Below, piece by piece: positions 38,173 through 50,348 of a stretch of 64,000 bases of DNA. Origin of the DNA: Podarcis gaigeae (taxonomy: Eukaryota); assembly GCA_964106915.2 (NCBI GenBank), contig OZ066915.1; one strand, written 5' to 3'. The notes under the pieces are model-generated. The model did no database searches. It saw only the letters and a list, made by a program, of their open reading frames with translations, and was not told where the DNA came from. The translations under genes and the position numbers were made by a program. Positions within the stretch are counted from its first letter, which is position 1; every line of letters starts with the position of its first letter.

Positions 38173-38315
38173 TGAGACGGATAGCTCAGTTGTGTAGAGA
38201 GCTGATAAAACCAAGGTTGCAGGTTGGATCCCCCATATGAGACAGCTACATATTCCTGCACTGCAAAGGGTTGGACTCGATGATTCTCAGGGTCCCTTCC
38301 AACTATATGATTCTG
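38173..38315 (+). mobile_element. tRNA-derived SINE with CR1-type 3' tail
   Basis: A box tagctcagttg, B box-like ggttggatccc, then attcctgcactgc...gggtcccttccaact matching the CR1 tails in this window. Confidence 0.75.
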
Positions 38316-38384
38316 AGTCTATAACCCTCTGTCTAACAAATGCCTTCCAAGCCAGGCTCGTGGCTTGTGAAAGCCAAGCCCATA

Positions 38385-38426
<42 letters not shown>

Positions 38427-38607
38427 TAATTATATTTGCCTTCCATCTGACTGGGTTGCCCCAGCCACTCTAGGTGGTTCCCAACAAAATACTAAAAACA
38501 CAGTAAAACATCAACCATTAAAAACTTCCCTGTACAGGGCTACCTTCAGATGTCTGAAGCAGAGGTTTCATAAGCCCCCAAATTGTTCTGCAACTTGGAG
38601 TGGCATT

Positions 38608-38612
38608 GCGCG

Positions 38613-38694
<82 letters not shown>
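38608..38694. repeat. Compound microsatellite (GC)n-(CT)n-(GT)n
   Basis: Direct reading. Confidence 0.95.
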
Positions 38695-38696
<2 letters not shown>

Positions 38697-40007
38697 TGGG
38701 GAGAAAAATTTGATCAGGGAGTGGGTGTTAGCTACTCCTGACTTAGAGGCTAAATGGTGCAATTTGAGCTAGTCAATTACCATTTTGTTCTTGATTCTAA
38801 TAGCCAGTTCTAGGAGTTTTAGAAAAGTACTGGGAGGCAAAATAAGCATATATAAATGATAGTGGAAAAATTACTGTATCAGACATCACCAGTTACTACT
38901 GGTGTGTATTATCATACAATGTCTTACATGTGAATTTGCTAAACAAAGCTCTGACTCCAACCACTCCCCACCCCAACTGTATAGCAAATTCTTCAATAGA
39001 AGTTCCTAATCCCTTTGTAAAAGCCCAAACCAAGACTTCTTTGACCAGGAAGCCCCCTTACCTAAACAAGGTTGAAACTTGCTTATTTTAAATATGGGTG
39101 TCCACTGATTTCTTTGCCATTACAGTATATGCATTCTTTATATCTCTTATTTCTTTATATCTTACACACCAGAACCATATCCACTAATTTTGGCTTTGTG
39201 TTGACATGCTCTCATTAGAGTCTTATTAAGCTAATTACTCCCAATACAAAACAGGAAGTACATTTTGAAAATCAGCTATCATGATGATGAATCATTCCAA
39301 CAGCTACCATTAACATTGATTTAATTCCATTAGGGTTCCAGCAGCAAATCTTTAATAAGAATAACTCCTGTTTAAACAGCAAGTAAATTGAGTGTTGGTA
39401 ATACAAAATCTATAGAGCACTGTGTTCCCTTCTCCCCCATATCAGTCTAATTTATTCAGCTGTTCTTGCTCAGGGGTTTAAATGGATAATTCACACAAGC
39501 TCTTTGGTAGGTAAAGAGAAAATGCAGGAATAGATGGGGAGGTGACAAAAATGATGCCAGACTTTTGATCACTTGGCAAAAGAATGCTGGCACATAGCAG
39601 GAAAGGTGGCAGTAAACTCACATGCAGCAAAATGGGATTCATGCGCCAAGCCATAAATGGGAATGCATCATTATTTAAAGATGGGGCTTTATGGTAGGCT
39701 CATTCCTGCAAAATAGGCAGAAGATAAATGCATAGAGAAAACAAGAAGAAGATAGTTTGAAGCCAGCAGGAGGATCATAGAATCGTATGCTTCATAGTTG
39801 CACAGACCAGTGAGCAAACCCAAGTTAAACATTTAAAAGTGGTTAGGGAAGCTCATCGGATCAACTCAGGTCTATCTTTCAATTGCTCCCTCCTTCAATA
39901 TAGCAAGGAATGGGGAAATGGGGAATGTCCATTTTGATCTTTCTTGGTTTCTCATTTATAAAATCTTAAAGTCAGTTTTCTGAGTTTTCACATCAGTTTG
40001 CATTTAA

Positions 40008-40458
40008 AATAATAATAATAAATTTTATTTATATCCCGCCCTCCCCGGCCGAAGCCGGGCTCAGGGCGGCTAAAAACACTAAAACAGTACAACATTATAA
40101 AAACATTATAAAAAGTAATTAAAATCAAAATTGATGGCAACCATAAACTAAAGTTTTGTAAAGATTGCCAAAGGAGGGAGTCAGGCTGCGCCCTGACCAA
40201 AGGCCAGGTGGAACAGCTCTGTCTTGCAGGCCCTGCGGAAAGATGTCAAGTCCTGCAGGGCCCTTGTCTCTTGTGACAGAGCGTTCCACCAGGTTGGAGC
40301 CGCAGCTGAAAAAGCCCTGGCTCTAGTTGAGGCCAGCCTAACCTCTCAGTGGCCTGGGACCTTCAAGGTGTTTTTAAGACCGTAAGTTCCTCTGTGGGGC
40401 ATACCAGGAGAGGCGGTCCCGTAGGTACGAGACCGCCTCTCCTGGTATGCCCCACAGA
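40008..40458 (-). mobile_element. 5'-truncated L2-type LINE (3' end with (AAT)n tail) ending in a fold-back palindrome, apparently nested in an older element (~39905-40807)
   Basis: aataataat...tttatatcccgccctcc...gagcgttccacc...gaaaaagccctg...gagaggcggtccc is typical of L2 3' regions; CpGs retained; palindrome at 40391-40458. Confidence 0.7.
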
Positions 40459-42032
40459 TAAATAAAATAAATAAATAAAAGTCCTCATGAAAGTTCATGA
40501 TTTTAGTACAAATCTCTCCTAATCCTTTTGTATGCAATTTCCCCTAATACATGTCTTGCAAAGCCTATTTTCTTAATTTAATGCATTTTTTATGTTAATT
40601 GCAATAATATATGAATTTTTATGCAGTTTACCTTAGTACATGCATTTCTGTACACATTACTCGGTTGGAGAAGTGCATTGCAAAATTCACCAAAGTGTGA
40701 CTTTCAAGAGAATGTCAATGTTTCAGTTTGCATAGTGTTTTGGAATGTGCAAATTAGGTAGGTTCACCTTTAAATGAGAAATAAATTTACTTTCTCTCCT
40801 GTCCCTACATCTAAGACTTTGGGACATCCTCATTAGCAGCCCATGGATCGCCATCTCAAAACTCACTACTACTTGACTTCTGACGCTATTAGAGTAAGCT
40901 GAAAACACTCAAATGAGGCTTATTCAACAGCATGTTTGCGAGAATTTTTGGGGAAAAGGGGGGTTTCCTTTAAAAAGCTTAACAATTTTGAGGTCTTCTT
41001 AATAAAAGCTCAACAACTTTTGGGGTGTCCTGGTTATTACATTTTGGAATATGGCAAACCTATTTAAATCCCACAATCATGGAAGATCTGCAGTATTTGT
41101 TGATTCACAAATCCTCATGCACAATCTCCACCTGAAACTCTGGGCCATCCTTCACAATGGCATAGCACCACATGGCTCCAGAGAATTTGATGTGTTTACA
41201 AGTAGCCGAGATTAGTGATACCAGAAAGTGAATCCTTCCTACTCTGAGTCATGTACCATACAAGCATCTGCTTCAGAACCATTAGGGTTTAGAAACCATC
41301 ATAAAGATGAAAAATGCACACAGGGCATTTAGCTCACAGCTTTTGCTAATCTTTGATATATACACTGATTTCTTTAAAATTAATACATGTCTTGCTTAGC
41401 GAGGTGGGCTGAGCAAAAACGGATAAGGGCCCTGCATGGAGTATAACCAGAGTTGCACAGAAAGCAACACTCTTGACTTTTCCCTGTCCTCAAAATACTT
41501 GCTGTTGTGAAAACAACTCAAGATGGCACCTGCCCCTTTTGTACCTGATTTCCATGAGCAAGCAATAATTGTAAAAGAAAACCCACCTACTGCGAAAAGA
41601 GCCATATTGCGCTCAGTGGTGATATTGCACATCATCACTAATGACAATCCTTGAATCCAAGCACATTGACTAGAGTGGATCCAGGCAGGAGCAGACACAA
41701 ATATATACTAAAAATAGTACCTGCACGCCCACACACGAAACCACTGACCCCCAACAACCTGACACGAAAGCACAACTATGTCCAGAAAATCCAGAATGAA
41801 TATCCACAGCAAGGGACAGAGAACGGGTGAGCTGCAGAATCCCACATTCAGTCAGCAGCATTTTAATGACGCAGTCAGCAAAAGAGAACAAAATAACACT
41901 ACTATAAATTACCACTCTGTTATTATTGTAAGTGACAGCATAATCAATGAAAAGACAACGTGTGGCCAAAATACTTGTTTGTAATTTTTTAAAAAGTGCT
42001 TATTCATAGTGGGGAGGAAATAAATACAGTGT

Positions 42033-42135
42033 GAATTGTAGAACTGTAGTTGGAAGGGACCCACTGCAACATAGGAATCGAACTCACAACACTGCGATTA
42101 AGAGTCTCCTGCTCTACCAACTGAGCTATGGCCCA
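42033..42135 (-). mobile_element. tRNA-Lys(CTT)-derived SINE with CR1-type tail
   Basis: Reverse complement gggccatagctcagttggtagagcaggagactcttaatcgcagtgttgtgagttcgattcc resembles tRNA-Lys-CTT, then gggtcccttccaactacagttcta (CR1 tail). Confidence 0.8.
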
Positions 42136-44094
42136 TTGGGGGGGTGGGGGTGTCCTCACATAGCACAGTGACCTTGATTTGACTTTCAAAGTTCTGAAAT
42201 GGAGAAATACTACCACATCTGAACCCTGTTCTTCTGCCTCCTGGTTTCCAGTCAGAGCCAATTCATAGAACCCTTGGTGTGTCATAAGGGACATGAGGGC
42301 CAGGTGGAAGCATATTGTAGTTGTGTCCCAGTCAAAGCAGCCGTTTAATTCCCTTGCCACTTGCCCACAATATCGTTCTGAATGCCTGAGGAAGGGCAGG
42401 GAAAACTATGACTTGTCATCAGCTGGACCGTCTCCACCCACAGAAACTTGTTTTTATGTTTTGATCACCATCTGAAGTCCTGCTCAGTGTTGCTCTGCTT
42501 TTCTTTGGGCCACATCAGCAAGGCCGTGTGTGTGTGTGTGTGTGTGGGCTATTGTTGTCTGGAAGGGCACTTCGGTGCTGCTAATACAGCGTTTTGACTT
42601 CACCACTGGAGGTGCACTCCACTGAGACAGATGTTATCCTCCAAACTGCTGGACTCCAAACTTCCATCAGTCCCATCCAGTACAGTCAATAATTTACAGT
42701 CTCTATCCCTTTCTAAAGTGAAAGAAGTTGAAACTAGTTTAGCTTTCACCTCCTCTTCCTGTAAAGGAACACAGCAGACCCAGTATCATCTTGCTTAGGA
42801 TGGGTAAATGAAAGAACAAAGGCACCGTAAGCTCTGGGATCACTCTGTCCCAGCCCCCTGCGAATTATCGCATGTTTCCCTCAGATGAAGAGGTCCTTCT
42901 TTTCTTTAATTAGCTGTTGGCTCCACAGGAGGTAGAGAAGCAAACAAAATCACAAATCGGAGGAAAAAAGACTAGATCAAGGAAGTGAACCAGTAAGTTA
43001 GTGATACTTGCTACAGTCCTAGCACCTTAATCCACACTTCTTCACAAATGAATACTGCGCCAAAAGGATACATTTCTACAAGGAACTATCCTGCATTTGC
43101 CCGTAGACCTTTTAGTTTCCGATCCTTTCTGCAGGCACATTTTCCTTACATACCGTGGCACAGATGGGTGATATTTTCATGCTGCAATGGTTATTGGGTT
43201 TTAATGTTACTTAGTGACAACTTTACAACATTTGTACAGTCACCTGTTCAAGCCCCCTGCTGTTTGATGCACTAAGGATTAAGCTTTAAAACTCTTAAAT
43301 GAGCTTTAAAAGTGCCTGAAAAGGTTACACTGGTATTTTGCAAACTGAGTGTGCACATTAGCTACTTTTTTGAGAGGTTCTTCCTTTGTAGACTTTTTTT
43401 TTTAAGAATGTCCTCCTATTGAATTACTTCCTTTTCTAAGCTTTCAAACAATTGCGTACCAGTAGTTTTATCACAGCAGGCCAGTCTACAGCTCCTGCCA
43501 CAACCACAGATTTTTGTTTCATTTGCTCTCCCCCCTCCCATCTTTCAGGCTTGACTATCTCTGGGAACTTTTTGACTTAGACGCAGCTAAACACCTGGCT
43601 GCATAATTCTTATGTTCCTGCTGCCTTTGTTCCTATGGACCTACGGTGATCTCATACACATATTTAACATTCCAGCCTTGGCTGACTTTGTGCTGCCAAC
43701 ACCACAGTGAGAGAGGTAATGAATGAATTAGAAGCAAAAGCCTCAATGGATGGAAATTAATATCCAGATACTTGTTAGAGGAAACCAGTGCTGTGCCTTC
43801 TTTCAACTGAAGCAAGAAGAAACTGCATGATGCGTTTAGAGTCAGTGTGTGCCTTGGCAAGAGGGAAACCAAAGAAAGGATCCCAATGGATCAGCTTCAT
43901 TGGAAATGTTAATTGCTCTATACTGCATTGCATTGTAGCTTGTATTCTAGGGCTGCCATATGTCTAGACATTACCAGGATTACAAAGGTGGAAATTGACA
44001 TTGGGGGGAATTTCCGAAAGTTCAGATTCCCCACATTCAAACCATGGTTGCTCTCATTCCCCCAATGATCATAGGCTGTTCCTTCAGGACCCTA

Positions 44095-44194
44095 GTCAAA
44101 ACAAAAAAAATTCCTTCCAGTAGCACCTTAAAGACCAACTAAGTCAGTTCTTGGTATGAGCTTTCGTGTGCATGCACACTTCTTCAGATACACA
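44095..44194 (-). mobile_element. 100-bp Penelope-like element fragment with 14-bp flanking duplication
   Basis: gtagcaccttaaagaccaac...agctttcgtg...cacttcttcagat is the Penelope-like terminal motif as recalled; CCTTCAGGACCCTA at 44081-44094 and 44195-44208. Confidence 0.8.
44154..44191 (-). ncRNA. Minimal type I hammerhead ribozyme motif (Penelope-type)
   Basis: Minus strand GUAU-CUGAAGA-A-GUGUG(CAUG)CACAC-GAAA-GC-UC^AUAC: stem I GUAU/AUAC, core CUGANGA and GAAA, stem II, palindromic AGCU in place of stem III, UH cleavage site. Confidence 0.7.
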
Positions 44195-44555
44195 CCTTCA
44201 GGACCCTAATTATCTCTTTGCTTGGTTATTTATGATTAAATAGGAAGAGACTTGTTTCTTTGCTGCTTTTACAGTTGTTTGCTATAACCACTCAGCCTGC
44301 CCTCATGGGATCTTTGCTATGCAATCAATAATGTTTCAGCTAATTCTTAGGCTACTACAGAAGACTAACTTTTGCTCTGGCTGTGATAATTGTGTCTTCA
44401 GATCAACTGATTTCCAGCATGTTGGGGGTGGTGGTCTTCTGCTCATAATAATTGGTGGGGGTCTAGTTCCTTAATCTCTAAGGGTAGCAAAGCAGTTGAA
44501 CATGATGTGAACTAATGTGACAGCACTGGGATAACAGTGATACTAATTTTATGTA

Positions 44556-44780
44556 CAGTGGTACCTCGGGTTACGTACGCTTCAGATTACATACGCTTCA
44601 GGTTACAGACACCGCTAACCCAGAAATAGTACCTTGGGTTAAGAACTTTGCTTCAGGATGAGAACAGAAATCGTGCTCTGGCGGTGCAGCGGCAGCAGGA
44701 GGCCCCATTAGCTAAAGTGGTGCTTCAGGTTAAGAACGGATCTCCGGAACAAATTAAGTACTTAACCCGAGGTACCACTG
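44556..44780. mobile_element. Tc1/mariner-superfamily (pogo/Tigger-like) MITE, 225 bp
   Basis: 23-bp TIRs cagtggtacctcgggttacgtac / gtacttaacccgaggtaccactg (1 mismatch), TA on both sides. Confidence 0.92.
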
Positions 44781-45477
44781 TACTAGATGATGTACAGTGT
44801 ACCATTAATCTTCACAGAATGGGCTTGGCACTGCAGTTGTATCCATTCACATCTCCTCCTGCTAGCATGGCCCTTAAAAATTTTCAGTATGTTACAACCC
44901 CATTTTTTAAAACAGACTGTAAATCTGATATGTGAGGGATGTGTGCCATTTATTTCTATTAATAACAAAGCTTCCAGTTTCTCATTATTATGGAAACCTG
45001 GTTAAGGGTGACATATATGATGCTTTAAGCAATTATGACAGCTCCTTCTTTCCAAAGAATAGCTGGTTTTCCTTAAAATGAATGTGCTGAGATTTCTGCT
45101 TTTAATTTTTTAAAGTATGATGTTCATGAGAATGACTCATTAGGAACACATATTCAGAAATAATGGGCAAAACTTCCCAGAGCTGTTAAGTCCAATTTTG
45201 TTTTAACATAGAGAAAGAATTGGTTATCATGAGCATTTAATGGGGACTCTAAACTTTACACTGCTCTCTTTCTCTCTTTGTTCTTGTGAAAGAGTTTGAA
45301 GGAGGAACTAGTGTCAGAGTCCCTTAACCCAAGCGTGATTACAGGGTGACCTCATCCAAAGAAGTTGGGAGTGGGGAATCCTGCTCCTACTTACAGGGCC
45401 ATATCTAGAGAGCAGCACTGGGTGGCTATACTTAGCCGCCCTGGCACTAGCTGTAATCTTGTCCCCAATGCTCTTTA

Positions 45478-46240
45478 AGCCATTAGGAATGGCCATCGCA
45501 GGATTTGGAGCACTGTGTCATCAGTATAGTGATGATATCCAGCTCCATTTCTCTATTAGCATATCCTGGACTAGTCTCTGGATGAAGTGGTAGGTTGGAG
45601 GAGGCAAAATAAACAGGAGACTGAATCCTGAAAAGACAGAAGTCCGGTGGTGGGTGGCTCCTGGGTCTGGGAATTTCATAGCTGCCCGCCCTCCATTTGA
45701 AGGAGGAAGTGCGCAGCTTGGGGTGTGGGTATGTGTGTGCACCCCTGAGGATGTTCTTAGATCTACCTTTCTCACTGGAGGCCCAAGTGGGTACAGCAAC
45801 TACTTTTGGCTGGTTCTCCAGCTACAAATGTGTCTGGCCAGGGAGAGCCTCACCCCTTTGACTCATGCATAGGGAAACTTAAGGCTGGATGACTGTAATA
45901 CACTATCTGTGGGGCTGGCCTTACAGCTAGTGCAGAATGTTGCAGCTAGATTGCTTCCTGGAGACCTTTTCATGCACATGTTAACATCTCTCTTACATTT
46001 GTTGCTATACTAGCTCCCAATATGCTGCTAAAGCTCTCAAGATCTCGAGAGCAGGCTATTTTAAGGAAAATCTTCTCCCACATCATCTGACACCATCACT
46101 GAGGTCAGCTAGAGGCCTGCATGGCTGTGCTGCTGCCTTGAAAGGTTCATCTTGCAATTACCAGGGATATGGCCTTTTCCATTGTGACACTATCTCTGTG
46201 GAACCATCTCCCCTCTAGGTTATGGCAGGCACCCACATTA
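45478..46240 (+). mobile_element. Degraded L2-type LINE RT/3' fragment
   Basis: catcagtatagtgatgatatccagctc encodes HQYSDDIQL (decayed YADD motif); ctgaatcctgaaaagacagaa encodes LNPEKTE; L2-like 3' region ggccttttcc...tggaac. Confidence 0.75.
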
Positions 46241-46980
46241 ATCCCTGCTGCTTATGGAGATTCAGGGGGGTTGGTTAATTTCTAACTTTTTCCCTAGTTC
46301 CAGGAATTTAGGGGAGTCTTGCTCCCCCTCCAAACTTATAACAATATCAACATTTCTGATACCAAATTATTCCACTTCATAGAACTGACAAAGCCAGGGT
46401 TCAGTGTGTATGGAAATACTTGTGTTCTATATTAGGCAAAACAGCCTCATATAAAAACTAATAAAGTCAATTGCTCATAAGGTCCTTCATTTCTTTTTAA
46501 ACAACCTATCCATGCAGATACATTTGGTGACATTGATTTGTTTGTTCTTAAGGGTTTTTTTTTGGGGGGGGGAAAGGTCACATTCACCATTTATAATCTC
46601 AGCAGAAGGGCCAGAGCTATCAATTCTCAGCTCTAATTCCCTATCTCATAACTGTCAGATTATGAAACTGCAAACTGTAAGCCTCAGGAGTTTACAGAAA
46701 AACATCTCCTTATTCTCTCCTGCCGCTTTAATCAGATGAATTAATAAAAGCAGGATTCAACATTTGCTATTCACTCCAATATTGAGGGGAGCGGGAGTGG
46801 AGGGAAATAGGACATTGGAATCTCTAATCTTTTCTTAAAAAGAAAAGAAAAAGAAGATAGCACACTGAAACTCACTGAGTACTCACTTACCAATCACCTT
46901 TCTACCCCAGTCCCAGGTTTTTCCAACTATGACATCTTTTAAGCCTCTCTGAGTGCATCACATAATTACATTCTGTCCAT

Positions 46981-47522
46981 AAGGCAACAGTCCTACTCTA
47001 TTTTGCCTTGACCACAACTGGAATACTGTGTCCAATTCTGGGCACCACAATTTTAGAAGGATGTAGCCAAGCTGGAACGTGTGCAGATGAGGGCAAGGTG
47101 ATCAAGGGTCTGGAAACCAAGCCTTATGAGGAGCGCTTGGATGAGCTGGGTATGTTTAGCCTGGAAAAGAGGAGACTGAGAGAAGGTATGATAGCCATCT
47201 TCAAAATATCCTAAAGGCTGTCACATGGAAGAGGGAGCAGGCTTGTTTTCTCCTGACCTGGAGGGTAGGACGTGAACCAATGGCTTCAAGTTACAAGAAA
47301 GGAGATTCCGACTAAACACACAGAAAAGCTTTCTGGCAGTAAGAGCTGTCTGACAGTGGAACAGTCTCCCTTGGGAGGTTGTAGACTCTCCTTCCTTGGA
47401 GGCTTTTAAGCAGCTGTTGGATGGCTATCTGAGAGGGATGCTTTAGCTGAGATTCCTGCATTGCAGGGAGTTGGACTTGATGACCCTTGAGTCCCTTACA
47501 ACTCTACGGTTCTATGATTCTA
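46981..47522 (+). mobile_element. CR1 LINE 3' fragment (ORF2 C-terminus and 3' UTR)
   Basis: ORF 47008..47214 contains [35 protein letters not shown] (CR1 ORF2 C-terminus); ends ttctatgattcta. Confidence 0.93.
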
Positions 47523-49986
47523 TATTCCTAGGGACACTGGTGCTACAGGTTCTACTGCCTAGCAGACCCACCTCTCTCTCTTATCAACTGCAACCTTTCC
47601 CCAGCCTGGTATGCTGAAAATGCTGTTGGATTCCAACTCCCAACAACCCTTCCCAGCATGACCAATGTCAGTTGAGCAGTGAGGGTTGCAGTCCAACAAC
47701 ATCAGGAGGACCACATGCTCCCCACCCTTTCCTGGTGGCAAACTCTTTCCCATGGGTGTTCCCAAAGATAGTTTATTTTTTAATCACCATGAGAAAAGCA
47801 CAGCAAGCAACATGATTGCTTCTCTTGCATGCCCTTGGTGGGTTTTCTGTTATGGTAAGAGGGGTAATGGGAAGGGCAGAGGAACTGCTAAGGTTGTCTC
47901 CCCATCACAGGAAGCAATACCTGAATTAGACAGAGATGACATTTCCCTCTGTGATTCAAACTATCAAAAATGAAGAATGTGAACTTTGCATCAACTTTTC
48001 TAGTTTCCCCTCCAGACTCCAAAGGAATGATCCACTTGGTACTATTATTAAAAGAATAACGAATTTCAAAAGCAATCCATCAATCCTTATTTCAGCTATG
48101 GAGACAAATTTTGAGTAAGGTCAAGAAAGGAAGGTCAAACAGCATGTGACAGATCCTAAGAGGACCTAAGTGTGCCTTTCCATTTAAGGCATAACGAAAA
48201 CAAAGGTTAATCAGCCACATTGCATTAAGATTTCAGAAAACATGCTTGCTTGAAAGGACACATTTAGCACACCAAAGGGGCCTCAGCCACTATAATGTAC
48301 AACCACTGATGCATTAATACACCAGGATGGCACTAGGATCTACAATTATACCTGCAGAATTTGGTTTGCAGCTACTATTCTGACACAGGGAGCTACAAAA
48401 TGAGAAGTAAAGCAACTGCATTAAACAGTAAGCGACTATGCCAATAGGGAAGGGGGAGCTAGAAAAGAAGAAAAATGAGCACATCTGAAGGACAGCTTGT
48501 TTAATAGGTTCAATTATGTTCAGTACGTTCAATGCAACTTGTTTCCAAGGGGCAGAGTAATCCTAACCAAGGTGTGCCTGATCAGCGTAGCCACTGCTGC
48601 ATTTGCAACCCCACTGCTTATGCTGGCTGAGGCATAAGATAGTAGCAGAGGAAACTCTGCTCAGTGCGAGAAGAGTCTGGAGCAGGTGCAGTGATCGGTC
48701 CCAATGCTGGATTGGGTGGAATGTCGTCAAGTGTCAGCCGTGTACCCAGCTCAGGATACATTGGATTCCAGGCCAGCAAAACCATTCCTCCTCTCCTGAA
48801 TGCTCTGTTGGGGGGCTTTCCTTGGATTACTGCTGATGAGAATATAACCTACAGGAACTCCACCTGCCCATGCTTTCTTTAGGTGGGACAGAGAGCTCCA
48901 TATGGGAGGAGTGACACTGACATCACTAGGGGTGGAGCTCTTTATGAAGATGCCACCAGGTCGGTGATGTCTCTAACCACCTTATGAGACTTTATTCCTT
49001 TTTTATATTATGTTGAAAAACATATTTAAAATTTTCCATGACCTCTGAAATTAAATGGAATGACAAGAATTTAGGACTCTGTATGGGAAGTGGGGGACAA
49101 AGTCAACCTGATGTTTCAGGGGGAAAGTTGGGTTTCACAGAACTAGAAGCCAAAGTATTTGATCGACCCTTTGACACTGAACAACACTGACACAGACCTA
49201 TGGGAACTGGAGTAGGTCTTAAATCAGCAACTGTACATAACAACCATGTACCACATGCCAGTAAGGGAATGTAATCAGTGCTGGCATTTTTAGTTTGGTC
49301 ACATCAACTGTGCACCAAAGCAGACACATTTCTAAATAAAGGGCACCCCACAATATGACTGACTGGAGCAAAATCATGTTTAAGTATTAGAATACACCAT
49401 AACCCAAATTGTATGGGGAAGCCTGCATTAAAAAACACAAAACACCACCAAGCATGCAATTACAGTACTTATTTCACGAAACAGCTTGCATATTTCATGA
49501 CATGTTGTTTGCAAGTTAGCTATTATAAAATCAAATGTAAATGATTTATTGAGGTAAGCAAATAGTCTTGTGGCGTTTGGAGAATTACTGTGAAAATGCA
49601 AAAAAAGAAAGAGAGAGAGCAAAGCATTGTAAAGACGGCTTCACTTGCTTACATCCTTAGACCAACAAGTGTCACTGAACTCTATTCACCAGTGTGCAGT
49701 TCTCCACACTAAGTAGCACAACCAGAAGTGCTCCCCCAAGATCTGCAGCTTTGTTGCCCTTGCAGAGCTTCAGAGCTTCATTTAACAACAGACCAGAACA
49801 AACACAGCTAAACAGAGCAAGGCATGAAAGTAAGAGGTCAGCATGAATCGATGCTGTGTGGTACGAAATCCCACTCAAGGGGCTAAGAGCAGAACCAGGA
49901 TGGAGCTAATGAGGCCACCATTTGGGGTGCCTTGGCTGCAGGGAGAGTCTAACTATAACTACTAAAGTACAGAGGGCTCTGCTTAC

Positions 49987-50348
49987 CTGTTCGTGGTACT
50001 CAATCCCCATGCTGAGGGTATTGATCAGGATAGCTATCATGATCCCACGGCCAAAGTACTTGCTATCTACAATCTTCCGAAACGTCTCACAAACCACCTT
50101 CCAGAAGGCTAGGAATTTTAAGGTGTTTCTTCCCCGAGCTTTCCAACGCTGAGGGTCCCTCTGATCTCTGTAGTGAGCGTCCTGAGTAAACTCATATACC
50201 CCGTCGCTGTCAGAATCTCCCATTTCATTGTCCACCAGCTCTGGATCGTTAGCCAAGGTCTTCATGCAGTATGGACAACTATCTGGGTTGCAAGTATTGT
50301 TGGGTTTCCCAGACTGGCTGGAAATCTTGCAGGAACTTTGACAAGCAC
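49987..50348 (-). CDS. CACNA1G: CACNA1G exon 9 (362 nt): (G)[10 protein letters not shown]...[32 protein letters not shown], end of I-II loop and IIS1
   Basis: Inside ORF 49906..50472; acceptor ctgtttcag|GT, donor CAG|gtaagc. Confidence 0.96.

Noticed and set aside
42062-42135. Functional tRNA-Lys(CTT) gene
   Set aside because: Acceptor and anticodon stems are disrupted and the sequence is fused to a CR1-type tail, so it is a SINE head.
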